From a bacterium (GTDB taxonomy: Bacteria > Zhuqueibacterota > Zhuqueibacteria > Oceanimicrobiales > Oceanimicrobiaceae), in assembly GCA_046757025.1 (NCBI GenBank), contig JBHHXN010000079.1:1-23255 (forward strand): DNA of 23,255 nt, read 5' to 3'. Positions 1 to 8,954 of the stretch are shown here, in pieces; the stretch's first letter is position 1; the number at the start of each line of letters is the position of its first letter. The notes under the pieces are model-generated. The model ran no database searches and had not been told where the DNA came from. It was given only the letters and a program-made list of their open reading frames with translations. Position numbers and translations under genes: made by a program.

Positions 1-983
1 TGCACTTTGATTTCTGTTGCAAGAAACAGCTTGATCACTTCGATATTGGTCAACAGATGCCGGGTGATTTTCGGAGTTTCAAATGCAGACCGCCCCTCTG
101 CTAAGGCAAACGGAATCAGGATCTGGTCGGCTAAATATTCATCAAATACACCGCCGCTGGCAAAAAAAGCGAGCAATTTTTGTGCGGCTTCCCGGGCGAC
201 ATTTTCGGCCGGTTTGCCGGGCGCGCCCAGGGCGTCGTAACAGCACTGCGAATGCTCGTACTTTCCGAGCAGCAGCATCAGGGTGTTCTTACCAAACGCC
301 GGCATCTGCAGAATTTCAAGCTCCAGACCATCGATTTCATTTTGCAGCATCCTGCGGATCTGCTGGTTTTGCCGCTCGGCCACGCTGCGAGGGAGGTTGG
401 CGAAGGCTGAAACACCGTGAATGGACAACAAATTACCCCGCGTTAAAAGTGTCAACGGTTGAATCGATTTGATGGGTTTGATTTCAGCAATTATTTTTCC
501 TCTTCCTTTGGGATAAAAACCCGCTTGCTCCATCTGTAATTTTGCCCGGAATCCCAGCCGCTGCATAAACGGCAGCCACTGCCGCTGCAGGTAGTGAAAA
601 CAGGGCGCCCAGGGCACGTGGGTGCCGCCGGTTATCGAAATCGTTGAGTTTTGTTGGGCAAAACTGATCGGGTAAAATATCGTCTGCAGCACCAGGGAAG
701 TGGAGCCCGCGGTGCCGATTTCGAAATGATAATTGCCGGCCTTGATGGCGCCCGGGGAAAAAGTTAACCGGCTGGAATGCAGTCGATCGCCAGAGACCCG
801 GGCCTGGCAGATGGCGCCAGCCGCTTGCACACATTTGAGGTGCTGCGCCCGCAGACCGGGTTTGGGCCGATTTGCGCGGATATTTTTAATTTCAAAGGGC
901 TGCCCGGTAAGAGCAGAAAGCGACAAAGCCGTGCGCAGAATCTGGCCGCCGCCTTCGCCGGCGGCGCCATCGAGGATTATCAT
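1..983 (-). CDS. rtcA: RNA 3'-terminal phosphate cyclase (3' end runs off the window)
   Basis: Manual translation of the minus strand from ATG at 983 is stop-free to base 1: MIILDGAAGEGGGQILRTALSLSALTGQPFEIKNIRANRPKPGLRAQHL...GTAGSTSLVLQT...GGTHVPWAP...GFYPKGRG...DEYLADQILIPFALAEG...ITRHLLTNIEVIKLFL. These are RtcA signatures, including the catalytic His (T-x-H-x-x-TN). Probably absent from the ORF track because no stop lies in the window. Confidence 0.95.
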   Translation of the reverse strand, partial: MIILDGAAGEGGGQILRTALSLSALTGQPFEIKNIRANRPKPGLRAQHLKCVQAAGAICQARVSGDRLHSSRLTFSPGAIKAGNYHFEIGTAGSTSLVLQTIFYPISFAQQNSTISITGGTHVPWAPCFHYLQRQWLPFMQRLGFRAKLQMEQAGFYPKGRGKIIAEIKPIKSIQPLTLLTRGNLLSIHGVSAFANLPRSVAERQNQQIRRMLQNEIDGLELEILQMPAFGKNTLMLLLGKYEHSQCCYDALGAPGKPAENVAREAAQKLLAFFASGGVFDEYLADQILIPFALAEGRSAFETPKITRHLLTNIEVIKLFLATEIKV

Positions 984-997
984 TTCAGATTTTTTAA

Positions 998-2512
998 CTA
1001 AGATTCGATGAAGGCGTCCCGCAGCAGCTCGCTCTGCTTCTTAAACGCCGCACGCGGATCGGCCGGCGTTTTCATCAGGGCGATTTCCTGACTCAGGAGC
1101 CGGGCGAGATACATGGTATGGGTGGCTTTTTGTTTGGACTCTCTTTTGTACAACGGGTGGTCGCGGTTGATGTAGATGATCTGTCCCTCGGTGAAGCATT
1201 CGGGCCCGTCTTCGCCAAAGTAATCCAGGCAGCAGGAAACCAGCTGATCGCCCACGGATATTTTGCGCACCACCGCGTTGGGAGTGAGCCGCTTTACCAC
1301 GGGCGCTTTTTTTGGTTCGGCTGGCGACTGGTACTCTTCCTGCACATCGGCTACGGCGCCTTCTTTGTCCGCGTTGTTTTCGGGAGCGTCCAGCGACTCT
1401 TCCTCCGGGGCGTCGGCTTCGTTTTCCTGCTGAATTTCGCCGGGTTCACCCACTGCGTCGCTTTCCTCACCGCGCGGCAGCAGACCGGCTTCCACAAAAT
1501 CAGGATGCTTGATCAGCGCCTGCTGAATGCGTTCCATGGCTTCTTTCAAGGCGCGTTTCACTTTGCGAGTTTCTTTTCGGTCAGACAAAAGCCCAAGCTG
1601 CTTCTTTACATCTTCCAGGACGTTTTCCATGGTGGCCACAAACGCCGTATATTCCGGCGTATCGCTGCGAAACCCGCTGCGGTCGCTGGTGATGGTCAAA
1701 AAATCGGCGTTGACTTCTCCGCGAATGCGGGCGCCATCCTTGCCCCAGGTTTGAATACCAAAGTACTCTTTTTTCACCATCACTCCCTTGACCCGCACCT
1801 GCAAACCCATATCCTCGGCTGAGGCCTGCGACACGGGAACAATCACTACTTCTCCGTGCACCGGTCCGTACTGCGTGCCTTCTAAAAAAGGGATGCGGTG
1901 ACCGGGAATGCGGGTTAAAAACACCCGTTTACCGTTCACAAAAACTGCAAAATTTTTAGCTTGAATGGGCACGCTTTCTAGAATTTTCTGGCGGACCATG
2001 TCGGGCTCAAACGTGCGGTTCAATTTGGAAAGAATCACGGTAGTTCCGTCACCCCGCTGACGGTCGGGTTCCAGGATCTCCACCGGCAGCTCCCAGGCTT
2101 CTCCGCTTTGTGCCCAGTTTTGTTTGTCGAATTGTACGCGAGCGGCAAAGTTTTTCTTCTGCGTGTACACTTCAAAACAGTTGCACGCCGCCAGGCTGGC
2201 AAACTTGCCAATTCCAAACTGCCCGATGCGGTCGCGGTGATAAATTTCCGATTTGCTGTGCTGCACTTTTTCAGGCGAGCCAATGTTGAAATACTGAGTC
2301 AAACCCTGCCAGTCCATGCCGGTGCCGTCGTCTGCTATTTCGATCTGATCTTGCTGAATGGTCACTTTCACCTGCGTGGCGTCGGCGTCGTAGGCGTTGT
2401 TAACCAGCTCCCGGATGAGCTCGATGCTTTCGGTGTAAAGCCGCTCGCCCAGCGTGGTGATATGACTCTTATCAACGGTTATGGGAATGGTGGTTGGAGA
2501 CGGTTGTTCCAT
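998..2512 (-). CDS. GHKL-superfamily ATPase (HATPase_c_3 / prokaryotic MORC-like)
   Basis: GHKL motifs IRELVNNAYDA, IADDGTGMD, IGQFGIGKFA and GTTVIL. These are followed by an S5-like region (IRGEVNADFL..TSDRSGF), a helical segment, an acidic linker and a C-terminal YINRDHPLY domain. ATG 2512 is preferred over GTG 2560 because a promoter at 2564-2592 would start transcription near 2557. Confidence 0.8.
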   Translation of the reverse strand: MEQPSPTTIPITVDKSHITTLGERLYTESIELIRELVNNAYDADATQVKVTIQQDQIEIADDGTGMDWQGLTQYFNIGSPEKVQHSKSEIYHRDRIGQFGIGKFASLAACNCFEVYTQKKNFAARVQFDKQNWAQSGEAWELPVEILEPDRQRGDGTTVILSKLNRTFEPDMVRQKILESVPIQAKNFAVFVNGKRVFLTRIPGHRIPFLEGTQYGPVHGEVVIVPVSQASAEDMGLQVRVKGVMVKKEYFGIQTWGKDGARIRGEVNADFLTITSDRSGFRSDTPEYTAFVATMENVLEDVKKQLGLLSDRKETRKVKRALKEAMERIQQALIKHPDFVEAGLLPRGEESDAVGEPGEIQQENEADAPEEESLDAPENNADKEGAVADVQEEYQSPAEPKKAPVVKRLTPNAVVRKISVGDQLVSCCLDYFGEDGPECFTEGQIIYINRDHPLYKRESKQKATHTMYLARLLSQEIALMKTPADPRAAFKKQSELLRDAFIES

Positions 2513-2563
2513 GATTTTCGTTGATCTGGATTGGTTGCATGTAAATTGTTGAAATTTCACATA

Positions 2564-2592
2564 AAATTAAACAACTCATATTCTAATGTCAA
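2564..2592 (-). promoter_or_regulatory. sigma70-type promoter for the GHKL ATPase-rtcA genes
   Basis: Minus strand reads TTGACA-17 bp-TAATTT. Confidence 0.6.
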
Positions 2593-2615
2593 GATTTTTA
2601 ATCTCAATTTAAGTC

Positions 2616-2644
2616 TTGCTTTTATTTCTGAAAAAGGGTAATTT
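2616..2644 (+). promoter_or_regulatory. sigma70-type promoter for nadE
   Basis: TTGCTT-17 bp-TAATTT. Confidence 0.45.
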
Positions 2645-2690
2645 TTGGCGATGTGAACCTTTTTTATTCAAAAACATAAGTTCAAGATAA

Positions 2691-4427
2691 ATGGAATCGA
2701 CCGTTCGAATTGCCTTGGCTCAGACCAACACCGTGGTGGGTGATTTAGAAGGCAACTGCCAGAAAATCAAGCATTTTATCGAGAAAGCCCAAAAGATGGC
2801 GGTCGATATCGTCATCTTCCCGGAATTGACCATTCCCGGCTACCCGCCAGAAGACCTACTTTTGAAACGAAAATTTATTGCGGACAATCAATCATTTCTC
2901 GAGCAGCTTGCCAGAGAAAACCAAAAGCTCATGGCCGTTGTTGGCTTTGTTGACAACGGCGACAAACTCTGCAACGCCGCGGCTATTTTGTACCAGGGTC
3001 GAATCGCAGCGGTCTATCACAAAATTTGTCTGCCCAATTACAGCGTCTTCGATGAAAAACGCTATTTTCACGCTGGTGACCGTCCGCTGGTATTTCAGTG
3101 GAATGAAATTAAATTTGGCCTCAATATTTGCGAAGATATTTGGATTCCGGACGGCGTCACCGAGAGCCAGGCTTTTCGAGCCGGCGCCGAAATCATCCTG
3201 ACTTTGTCCGCTTCGCCTTACTACATGGATAAAAGAAAAGAGCGGCTAGCCGTGGGCATGACCCGTGCACGAGTGACCCGAACTTTTATCGTGCATGTAA
3301 ATCTGGTGGGCGGACAAGATGAACTGGTTTTTGACGGCAACAGTTTTGTGGTGGACCACCGCGGCGAAATCATCACCGAATGCCACCAATTTCAGGAAGA
3401 TTTCAAGATCGTGGATTTGGACATCCAGAGTTTGCGTGAATTTCGGGAAAGCGACCCCTCTTTCAACCTTTTTGCCAAAGAATTCAAGCCGCCTTATCAG
3501 GTGGATTTTGTGTCTCTGAGTGAGCCCGGGCGCGTCGTGGAAAAACCCGACATAGAACAAACCACGCAGAACCCTCTCGACCTCACCAAAGAAGTCTACC
3601 AGGCGCTGGTGCTGGGAACGCACGATTATGTCAGGAAAAACGGCTTCCAAAAAGTGGTGATCGGTTTGAGTGGCGGCATCGATTCGGCGTTGACGGCCTC
3701 GGTGGCGGTGGATGCTCTGGGCGCAGAAAACGTCGTGGGCATTCTCATGCCCAGCGAAATTACCTCGGAGACCAGCATTCAGGATGCCTTGACCTTGGCC
3801 GAAAATTTGAATATTCAAACGCAAACCATTCCCATTACGAATATTTTCAAGGAATATCGACAAACGTTAAAGGATGTTTTCTCCGGGCAAGCGGAAGACG
3901 CCACAGAAGAAAACATCCAGGCTCGTATCCGCGGTAACCTGTTGATGGCGCTTTCCAACAAGTTCGGCTGGCTGGTGCTGACCACCGGTAACAAAAGCGA
4001 AACCAGTGTGGGCTACTGCACTCTTTACGGAGACATGGCCGGCGGATTTGCCGTGATCAAGGACGTACCGAAATCCTGGGTGTATCGCTTGTGCAAGCAC
4101 AAAAACAACCAGGCCGTGAAAACCGTCATTCCTGACTCCATTCTCACCAAACCGCCAACGGCGGAATTGAAGCCGGGACAGCGCGATCAGGATACCCTGC
4201 CGCCCTACGACCTTTTGGACGACATTCTGGAAAAATTCGTGGAAAAAGACATGAGTGTGAAAGAAATCATCGAGCAGGGCTACCCCCGGGATGTGGTAAA
4301 AGCCGTGGCCCGATTGGTGGACACAAACGAATACAAGCGGCGGCAGGCTCCGCCGGGTATCAAAATTACCCCCAAAGCTTTCGGCAAAGATCGGCGCATG
4401 CCGCTCACTAATCGCTACAAAACCTGA
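2691..4427 (+). CDS. nadE: Glutamine-dependent NAD+ synthetase
   Basis: N-terminal nitrilase-fold glutaminase with the E/K/C triad (FPEL..GYPPEDL, FDEKRYF, ICEDIW). C-terminal synthetase domain with GLSGGIDS, ENIQARIRG, TGNKSE, GYCTLYGD and NEYKRRQAPPG. Confidence 0.97.
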   Translation: MESTVRIALAQTNTVVGDLEGNCQKIKHFIEKAQKMAVDIVIFPELTIPGYPPEDLLLKRKFIADNQSFLEQLARENQKLMAVVGFVDNGDKLCNAAAILYQGRIAAVYHKICLPNYSVFDEKRYFHAGDRPLVFQWNEIKFGLNICEDIWIPDGVTESQAFRAGAEIILTLSASPYYMDKRKERLAVGMTRARVTRTFIVHVNLVGGQDELVFDGNSFVVDHRGEIITECHQFQEDFKIVDLDIQSLREFRESDPSFNLFAKEFKPPYQVDFVSLSEPGRVVEKPDIEQTTQNPLDLTKEVYQALVLGTHDYVRKNGFQKVVIGLSGGIDSALTASVAVDALGAENVVGILMPSEITSETSIQDALTLAENLNIQTQTIPITNIFKEYRQTLKDVFSGQAEDATEENIQARIRGNLLMALSNKFGWLVLTTGNKSETSVGYCTLYGDMAGGFAVIKDVPKSWVYRLCKHKNNQAVKTVIPDSILTKPPTAELKPGQRDQDTLPPYDLLDDILEKFVEKDMSVKEIIEQGYPRDVVKAVARLVDTNEYKRRQAPPGIKITPKAFGKDRRMPLTNRYKT

Positions 4428-4442
4428 AAACGGTTGGTGGAA

Positions 4443-5396
4443 TTAACCGCCGGTTTCCTGCAGAATCTGCAAAACAAAGGCGGCCATTTTATCGGGCGCT
4501 TGCAGCGAAACGAAGTGATCCGTGCTGTTTAAAATCAAACGGTTTTCTCCACGGCCATGCGAATGGTAATGAAATGATTCCGCCAGCAGCGCCTCCACTT
4601 TTCGGCAACTCATCAATTTATCTTTTTTTGACAAAACAAAATACAAGCGGTGCAACAAGATCTCCGGCAAACCACTCAAGTCGAGCCGGCAAGCGGAAAC
4701 CGAGCGCGTATTTGCCACAGCCACCTGCTTTGCCGGCGCAAAATGCGCAACCATTTTCTGCAAATAATTTTTGGCCAGCCTGTTTTCCATCCTCCTGGCA
4801 AAAATCAAGTTGACAAAAAATTGCATGATCCGGCGCACACCGGCCACGTTGGCTAAATACGCAAGCGGCAGCAAACCTTGTGAGAACCAGGTCAGCGCGT
4901 TCCCAAAACCGGGATTCTCGAAAATCAAGGCTTTAAGTTCAGGGCACACTTCGAGAATTTCGGTACTGGCGCAGAACAGGGACGTGCCGCCCATGGAATG
5001 TCCCAGCACGGCTACCGCCTCCTTCACAAACGCCTGTTTTTTGAGTTCAGCCATAACTTCTTGAATTTGCCGGGCATAGTCCGTCACTGCAAAACCAGTT
5101 CTCTGTCGTGGCTGCGAGCCCGCGTATCCAAACAAGTTGATGGCCAGGCAGTCGTAACCGGCTGCGGTCAACAACTCGGCCACCGATTGAAAATAGAGAT
5201 GGTTTTCGCAGAATCCGTGAACACAAATGATCGTGCCAACGCTCTTTTTTGTTTGAGAAGGAAAGTGGAAAAAAGTTGTCCGGCCCGAGGCAGTGTGAAT
5301 ATCGCCGGAAGGCTGCGGCGTGTATTTTCGAATGGGTCTGAAAATTAGCACGCCTGCGCTGAGAATTAGTAAAATTAGCAGGAGACTCAATTCCAT
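4443..5396 (-). CDS. Alpha/beta-fold hydrolase with N-terminal membrane anchor
   Basis: Hydrophobic N-terminus, oxyanion motif VHGF, nucleophile elbow GHSMGG, candidate Asp (KKDKL) and His (STDHF). Confidence 0.88.
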   Translation of the reverse strand: MELSLLLILLILSAGVLIFRPIRKYTPQPSGDIHTASGRTTFFHFPSQTKKSVGTIICVHGFCENHLYFQSVAELLTAAGYDCLAINLFGYAGSQPRQRTGFAVTDYARQIQEVMAELKKQAFVKEAVAVLGHSMGGTSLFCASTEILEVCPELKALIFENPGFGNALTWFSQGLLPLAYLANVAGVRRIMQFFVNLIFARRMENRLAKNYLQKMVAHFAPAKQVAVANTRSVSACRLDLSGLPEILLHRLYFVLSKKDKLMSCRKVEALLAESFHYHSHGRGENRLILNSTDHFVSLQAPDKMAAFVLQILQETGG

Positions 5397-5425
5397 TTCA
5401 CACTACAGATTTCAGGCTGGGGGGA

Positions 5426-5471
5426 TAAAAAGCGTAAATTGCGAAATCCGCCCGGAATTTCGCAATTTACG
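5426..5471 (-). terminator. Rho-independent terminator downstream of the 5490-6554 gene
   Basis: Perfect 15-bp stem CGTAAATTGCGAAAT (5433-5447) / ATTTCGCAATTTACG (5457-5471), followed on the minus strand by CTTTTT. Confidence 0.7.
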
Positions 5472-5489
5472 ACTTAAACAGGAACTCAA

Positions 5490-6554
5490 TTAAGGGAACT
5501 TTAACTCGATACCGATGCGCGGCCGAACCTGCACATCCAATTTGAACGGATCCACTTCGCGGGTGATGGTATCGCCAATATTGAAACCGGATTTGAGTTT
5601 ATTGGCAAACTCCACGCTGATGCCGCCAAAAAAGTGTACTTCCACCGGGATGCCCGTGGGCAGGCCCAATCCCAAACCCACGATGGGCTCGATGTGATCG
5701 ACCAGTCTGAGGCCGGCTAACAGATGAAACGAGCTGCCCAGCGTGGGCGCTTTCGTATCCACCGCACTGAAATGATAGTTGATGACGCCGAACGCAGCCA
5801 GATCGCCGTGCGGTTTCGGCCGTACGATGATGCGGCCATCGCGACCGATGATAAACTCCACGTCGTCGGCCGTGGTGATGGCGGTGGCCATGCCGAAGCT
5901 CCAGTGCTCTTTCGCGGTGTTATCGTAAAGCGCGGTGGCTAAAAATTCCTCAGAACCCAGCTCTTTCTTCACGATGATGGAAATATCCGCATTCTTCTGG
6001 AATTTCTCCGGGATTTCGTATTTTCGGACGTCGATCCAAACCGTGGGCGGGCCGCCCAGAGCGCCGATGGGCAGGGGGATATCCAAAAACAACGACAGGA
6101 AATCCAGTAAATTTTCTTCAAAAGGCGACGCTTTGGAGGTGAGAACGGTGGAAAGGAACGAATCGGCATTTTCTCGTTTTGAGATGAAAATATAATACAG
6201 ATCGTCGTTGGTCAGGCCGTAAAGTCGCGTGTCGAGAAAATCCGAGCCGCCATGAAACATGCCGATGGGGCTAATTTTATCGGTGAAATTAGCCACGACG
6301 ATATAATAATCATTGTCATTCATCCGGAATCCGGAAAGACCGATGAGTTTTTTCAAACTGTCAGCCGCCCAGGCCACTTCGCCTTCGTAAAACCAGCGGT
6401 AAGCTTTACCGAAAAGGTCCTCGGCGTCGTTTACGCGAAAGGGAGCACCCGAAACGCGTTTGGGCACGGAAATGATTCGATCCTGCGAAAACAAATTGAC
6501 GGCGGTGAAACAGACCAAAAGCAGCGCCGCAATTTTTATTGATGAAACTTTCAT
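5490..6554 (-). CDS. Hypothetical secreted protein, possibly outer-membrane (C-terminal amphipathic beta-strands)
   Basis: Sec signal peptide MKVSSIKIAALLLVCFTAVNLFS|Q and an AAGGAG RBS. The C-terminal part has alternating strands ending RPRIGIELKFP. No family recognised. Confidence 0.75.
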   Translation of the reverse strand: MKVSSIKIAALLLVCFTAVNLFSQDRIISVPKRVSGAPFRVNDAEDLFGKAYRWFYEGEVAWAADSLKKLIGLSGFRMNDNDYYIVVANFTDKISPIGMFHGGSDFLDTRLYGLTNDDLYYIFISKRENADSFLSTVLTSKASPFEENLLDFLSLFLDIPLPIGALGGPPTVWIDVRKYEIPEKFQKNADISIIVKKELGSEEFLATALYDNTAKEHWSFGMATAITTADDVEFIIGRDGRIIVRPKPHGDLAAFGVINYHFSAVDTKAPTLGSSFHLLAGLRLVDHIEPIVGLGLGLPTGIPVEVHFFGGISVEFANKLKSGFNIGDTITREVDPFKLDVQVRPRIGIELKFP

Positions 6555-6672
6555 CTAATACTCCTTATTAGAAGATTCTTAAAATCAGTTAGTTAAATTT
6601 GGAAAGGAAATTTTTTGTGAATATGTGAGCGATTTTGATAATTCCCAACCCGGCATCTTACAAAGGCCGCTT

Positions 6673-6701
6673 AGTATAACGCTTCTATAGTAAAAAAGCA
6701 A
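6673..6701 (-). promoter_or_regulatory. sigma70-type promoter for the 5490-6554 gene
   Basis: Minus strand TTGCTT-17 bp-TATACT. Confidence 0.5.
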
Positions 6702-6780
6702 GAAAAAATATTAAATAAATGAAATAGGCCTGTTGGGTGGGGAATCAAACTCTCTTTGTCGTTTACACAAATTTTCATCG

Positions 6781-6809
6781 TTGATTTTGTTTATGGTTAT
6801 GATTATATT
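6781..6809 (+). promoter_or_regulatory. sigma70-type promoter for the metallophosphoesterase
   Basis: TTGATT-17 bp-TATATT. Confidence 0.45.
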
Positions 6810-6810
6810 G

Positions 6811-6834
6811 GATTCAAGAGGATTCAAGAGGATT
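6811..6834. repeat. 10-bp tandem repeat GATTCAAGAG x2.4
   Basis: gattcaagag gattcaagag gatt read directly. Confidence 0.7.
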
Positions 6835-6887
6835 GGGATCGATTTCCAAACACTGAAAATGGTAAATTCATTTCATCAAGGAAATAA

Positions 6888-8093
6888 ATGCCTGTTCAAT
6901 TCAGACACCTTTTATTTGTTTTTGTGTTGATTGCTGGCTGCAGCGAGACCCGACCTTTTTTACGAAAACCGGCACCTGACGCACCTCTCCAGATCGGCGA
7001 TCCAAATCTGCGACCAATCCATACTGAGGTATTAACATTTTATGCTTTAGGCGATTGGGGCTCGGGCGACGAAAACCAGCAGGCCGTGGCAAACGCCTTG
7101 CAAAGAAACGTGGCCGAAATTCCAGCAAACCGCAAAATTCCGCCGTTTGTGGTGGGATTGGGCGACAACGTATATGAATTCGGTTTAGCCGAAGGCTGGA
7201 ATCATCCCACCACCCGGCTCTTACTCGAAAAAACTTTCGGACAGATCTATCAGGACGTCCGATATCAAGGCCAAAAGCTGAACTTTCACGTTGTTCCGGG
7301 TAATCACGATTATAACGGCGTGGCCGGCGGCAAAAATGGCTGGGGGGACGTCATCCAGCAGGAGACTGCAGCCGAAAAATTATACTACCCAAACTGGCAG
7401 TATTATCCCATCGACCCCGCCAAAAATCGCGACTCCAACGACTCCACCGATTATTTTTTACTAAAAAAAGAAAACATATACGACCTCACGCTGCCAGAAA
7501 AAATCAATCTACCGACGGATAGTAAAATATCCGTAGTGGCGCTTGACACGCAGGTACTTCTGGAATTGTACAAAAAAAAGAACCACGATTTGCTGCAAAA
7601 ACACTGGCAGAGATTGGAATCGTTGCTGGAGGAAGACGCGGCCTGGAAAATCGTCATCGGGCACCATGCGGTTTCCTCGCACGGCCGACACGCCGGTTTT
7701 CGGGAGTGGTTCTGGTGGGTGCCGCCGATTATTCTGTACACCGTTATCGATAAACTCTTCATCAAAACTCTGCAGGATATGGACCACCCTGCTCATCAAC
7801 ATTTTGTCAACGATTTGAAGCAATTAATCAGGAAACACGATGTGACGCTGTATTTGTCCGGACATGAGCACAGTTTGGAATTCCTGCAAATCGACCCTGA
7901 CCACTTTCAAATCGTATCCGGCAGCGCCGGTAAACTCACGGAGGTTTCACATAAGAACGACACGATTTTTTCCCACGAAGCCTTCGGGTTTGTCCGATTC
8001 GATATCACAGACCATGAAATGTGGATCGAATTCTTTCAGGTAAAAAAGGATGCCAGTTTTGGTTCCACAGCCTTGTTCAGATTGACGAAATGA
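6888..8093 (+). CDS. Calcineurin-like metallophosphoesterase, purple acid phosphatase type, lipoprotein
   Basis: Lipobox IAG|C. All five PAP metal-ligand blocks are present: GDWG, GDNVY (Tyr ligand), GNHD, VIGHH, GHEH. Confidence 0.9.
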   Translation: MPVQFRHLLFVFVLIAGCSETRPFLRKPAPDAPLQIGDPNLRPIHTEVLTFYALGDWGSGDENQQAVANALQRNVAEIPANRKIPPFVVGLGDNVYEFGLAEGWNHPTTRLLLEKTFGQIYQDVRYQGQKLNFHVVPGNHDYNGVAGGKNGWGDVIQQETAAEKLYYPNWQYYPIDPAKNRDSNDSTDYFLLKKENIYDLTLPEKINLPTDSKISVVALDTQVLLELYKKKNHDLLQKHWQRLESLLEEDAAWKIVIGHHAVSSHGRHAGFREWFWWVPPIILYTVIDKLFIKTLQDMDHPAHQHFVNDLKQLIRKHDVTLYLSGHEHSLEFLQIDPDHFQIVSGSAGKLTEVSHKNDTIFSHEAFGFVRFDITDHEMWIEFFQVKKDASFGSTALFRLTK

Positions 8094-8145
8094 ATTTACC
8101 TGTGATTCCGCTTCAGCCATTATTTATTATGGAATTACATTTTTC

Positions 8146-8174
8146 TTGACATTTATTTAACAATTTTGTATTCT
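8146..8174 (+). promoter_or_regulatory. sigma70-type promoter upstream of the ECF-CHAT cluster
   Basis: TTGACA-17 bp-TATTCT. Confidence 0.6.
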
Positions 8175-8309
8175 ATTTCAGTCACGGGTCTTATCGATAC
8201 AATATTCTAATATTTTCAGCATTACCGCGCTTCAACTTTGACAGCCCAAGTCGCAGGAAGAAGGGCGTGTTCTGTTTCGGTTCTACATCACTAATCTAAA
8301 CTTCTAACC

Positions 8310-8954
8310 ATGGGCATAATCTTTCCGGGGTTCTTTCTGATCTGCAAACAGAATTTACGCGAGATCGCCTTTCCTGAGTTTTTGGATATTTTAGTTGATC
8401 GAAATCAACCGTGTTACCAAACAGCCTGGTACGAGTTTGAGCGTCGATATCAACAATTAATATTCCGGCAAATTCACGACCAGATGAAACGCTGGCACCG
8501 GGGCGGCGAGGTGGATCTCATGCAAGAAATTGCGGCCATGGTTCTCAACAGACTCATTGCACACGATTTCAGAGCCCTTACACTTTTTGAAAAAAGAGAA
8601 GAAGAAGGTCGGTTCAAAAAATATTTGCGCGTCATTTCAACCCGTCAGGCCATTGCGTATTTATCAAAACTCCATGAAACTGAAGATATAAATGAGAAGA
8701 CTCTGACACAACCTCAGGAAGATTTTACGCTTACGCTGGATTCCGAAACACACAAGGCCATGGTGAAGAGGATAAGAGACAGATTTGCTAACACAAATAA
8801 ATCTGATTTTTTTGTGGAAAGAGATGCGTTGATCTACACTTTGCGCACAGCGGGACTGAAATCCAAAGACCTGGGACAAATCCCTTTATTCAACATGAAA
8901 GCACACAATGTGGACGTCATCGTTGACCGCATAAAAGATAAATTTGAAAATTAA
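8310..8954 (+). CDS. Divergent ECF-type RNA polymerase sigma factor
   Basis: Region-2-like AWYEFERRYQQLIFRQI...DLMQEI...FKKYLRVISTRQAIAYL and region-4-like ERDALIYTLRTAGLKSKDLGQI...NVDVIVDRIKDKF. It is 214 aa and lies directly upstream of zinc anti-sigma genes. Start codon uncertain. Confidence 0.75.
   Translation: MGIIFPGFFLICKQNLREIAFPEFLDILVDRNQPCYQTAWYEFERRYQQLIFRQIHDQMKRWHRGGEVDLMQEIAAMVLNRLIAHDFRALTLFEKREEEGRFKKYLRVISTRQAIAYLSKLHETEDINEKTLTQPQEDFTLTLDSETHKAMVKRIRDRFANTNKSDFFVERDALIYTLRTAGLKSKDLGQIPLFNMKAHNVDVIVDRIKDKFEN

Noticed and set aside
7..1011. Seven short ORFs in the track (7-240, 83-472, 180-410, 484-834, 733-1011, 764-970, 777-1001)
   Set aside because: Antisense or off-frame shadows of rtcA
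998..2512. Calling the GHKL protein HtpG, MutL or a histidine kinase
   Set aside because: I could not see the family-specific motifs (MutL GFRGEAL, HtpG middle domain, kinase H-box), so it was left as MORC-like
1118..2524. Plus-strand ORFs 1118-1822, 2108-2524 and other nested ORFs
   Set aside because: Antisense or off-frame to the GHKL ATPase, with no motifs. The same applies to nested ORFs inside nadE, the phosphatase, CHAT, ppx, prmA and M28 genes.
6733..6930. 65-aa ORF upstream of the phosphatase
   Set aside because: TTG start, spans the predicted promoter, and shows no homology cues
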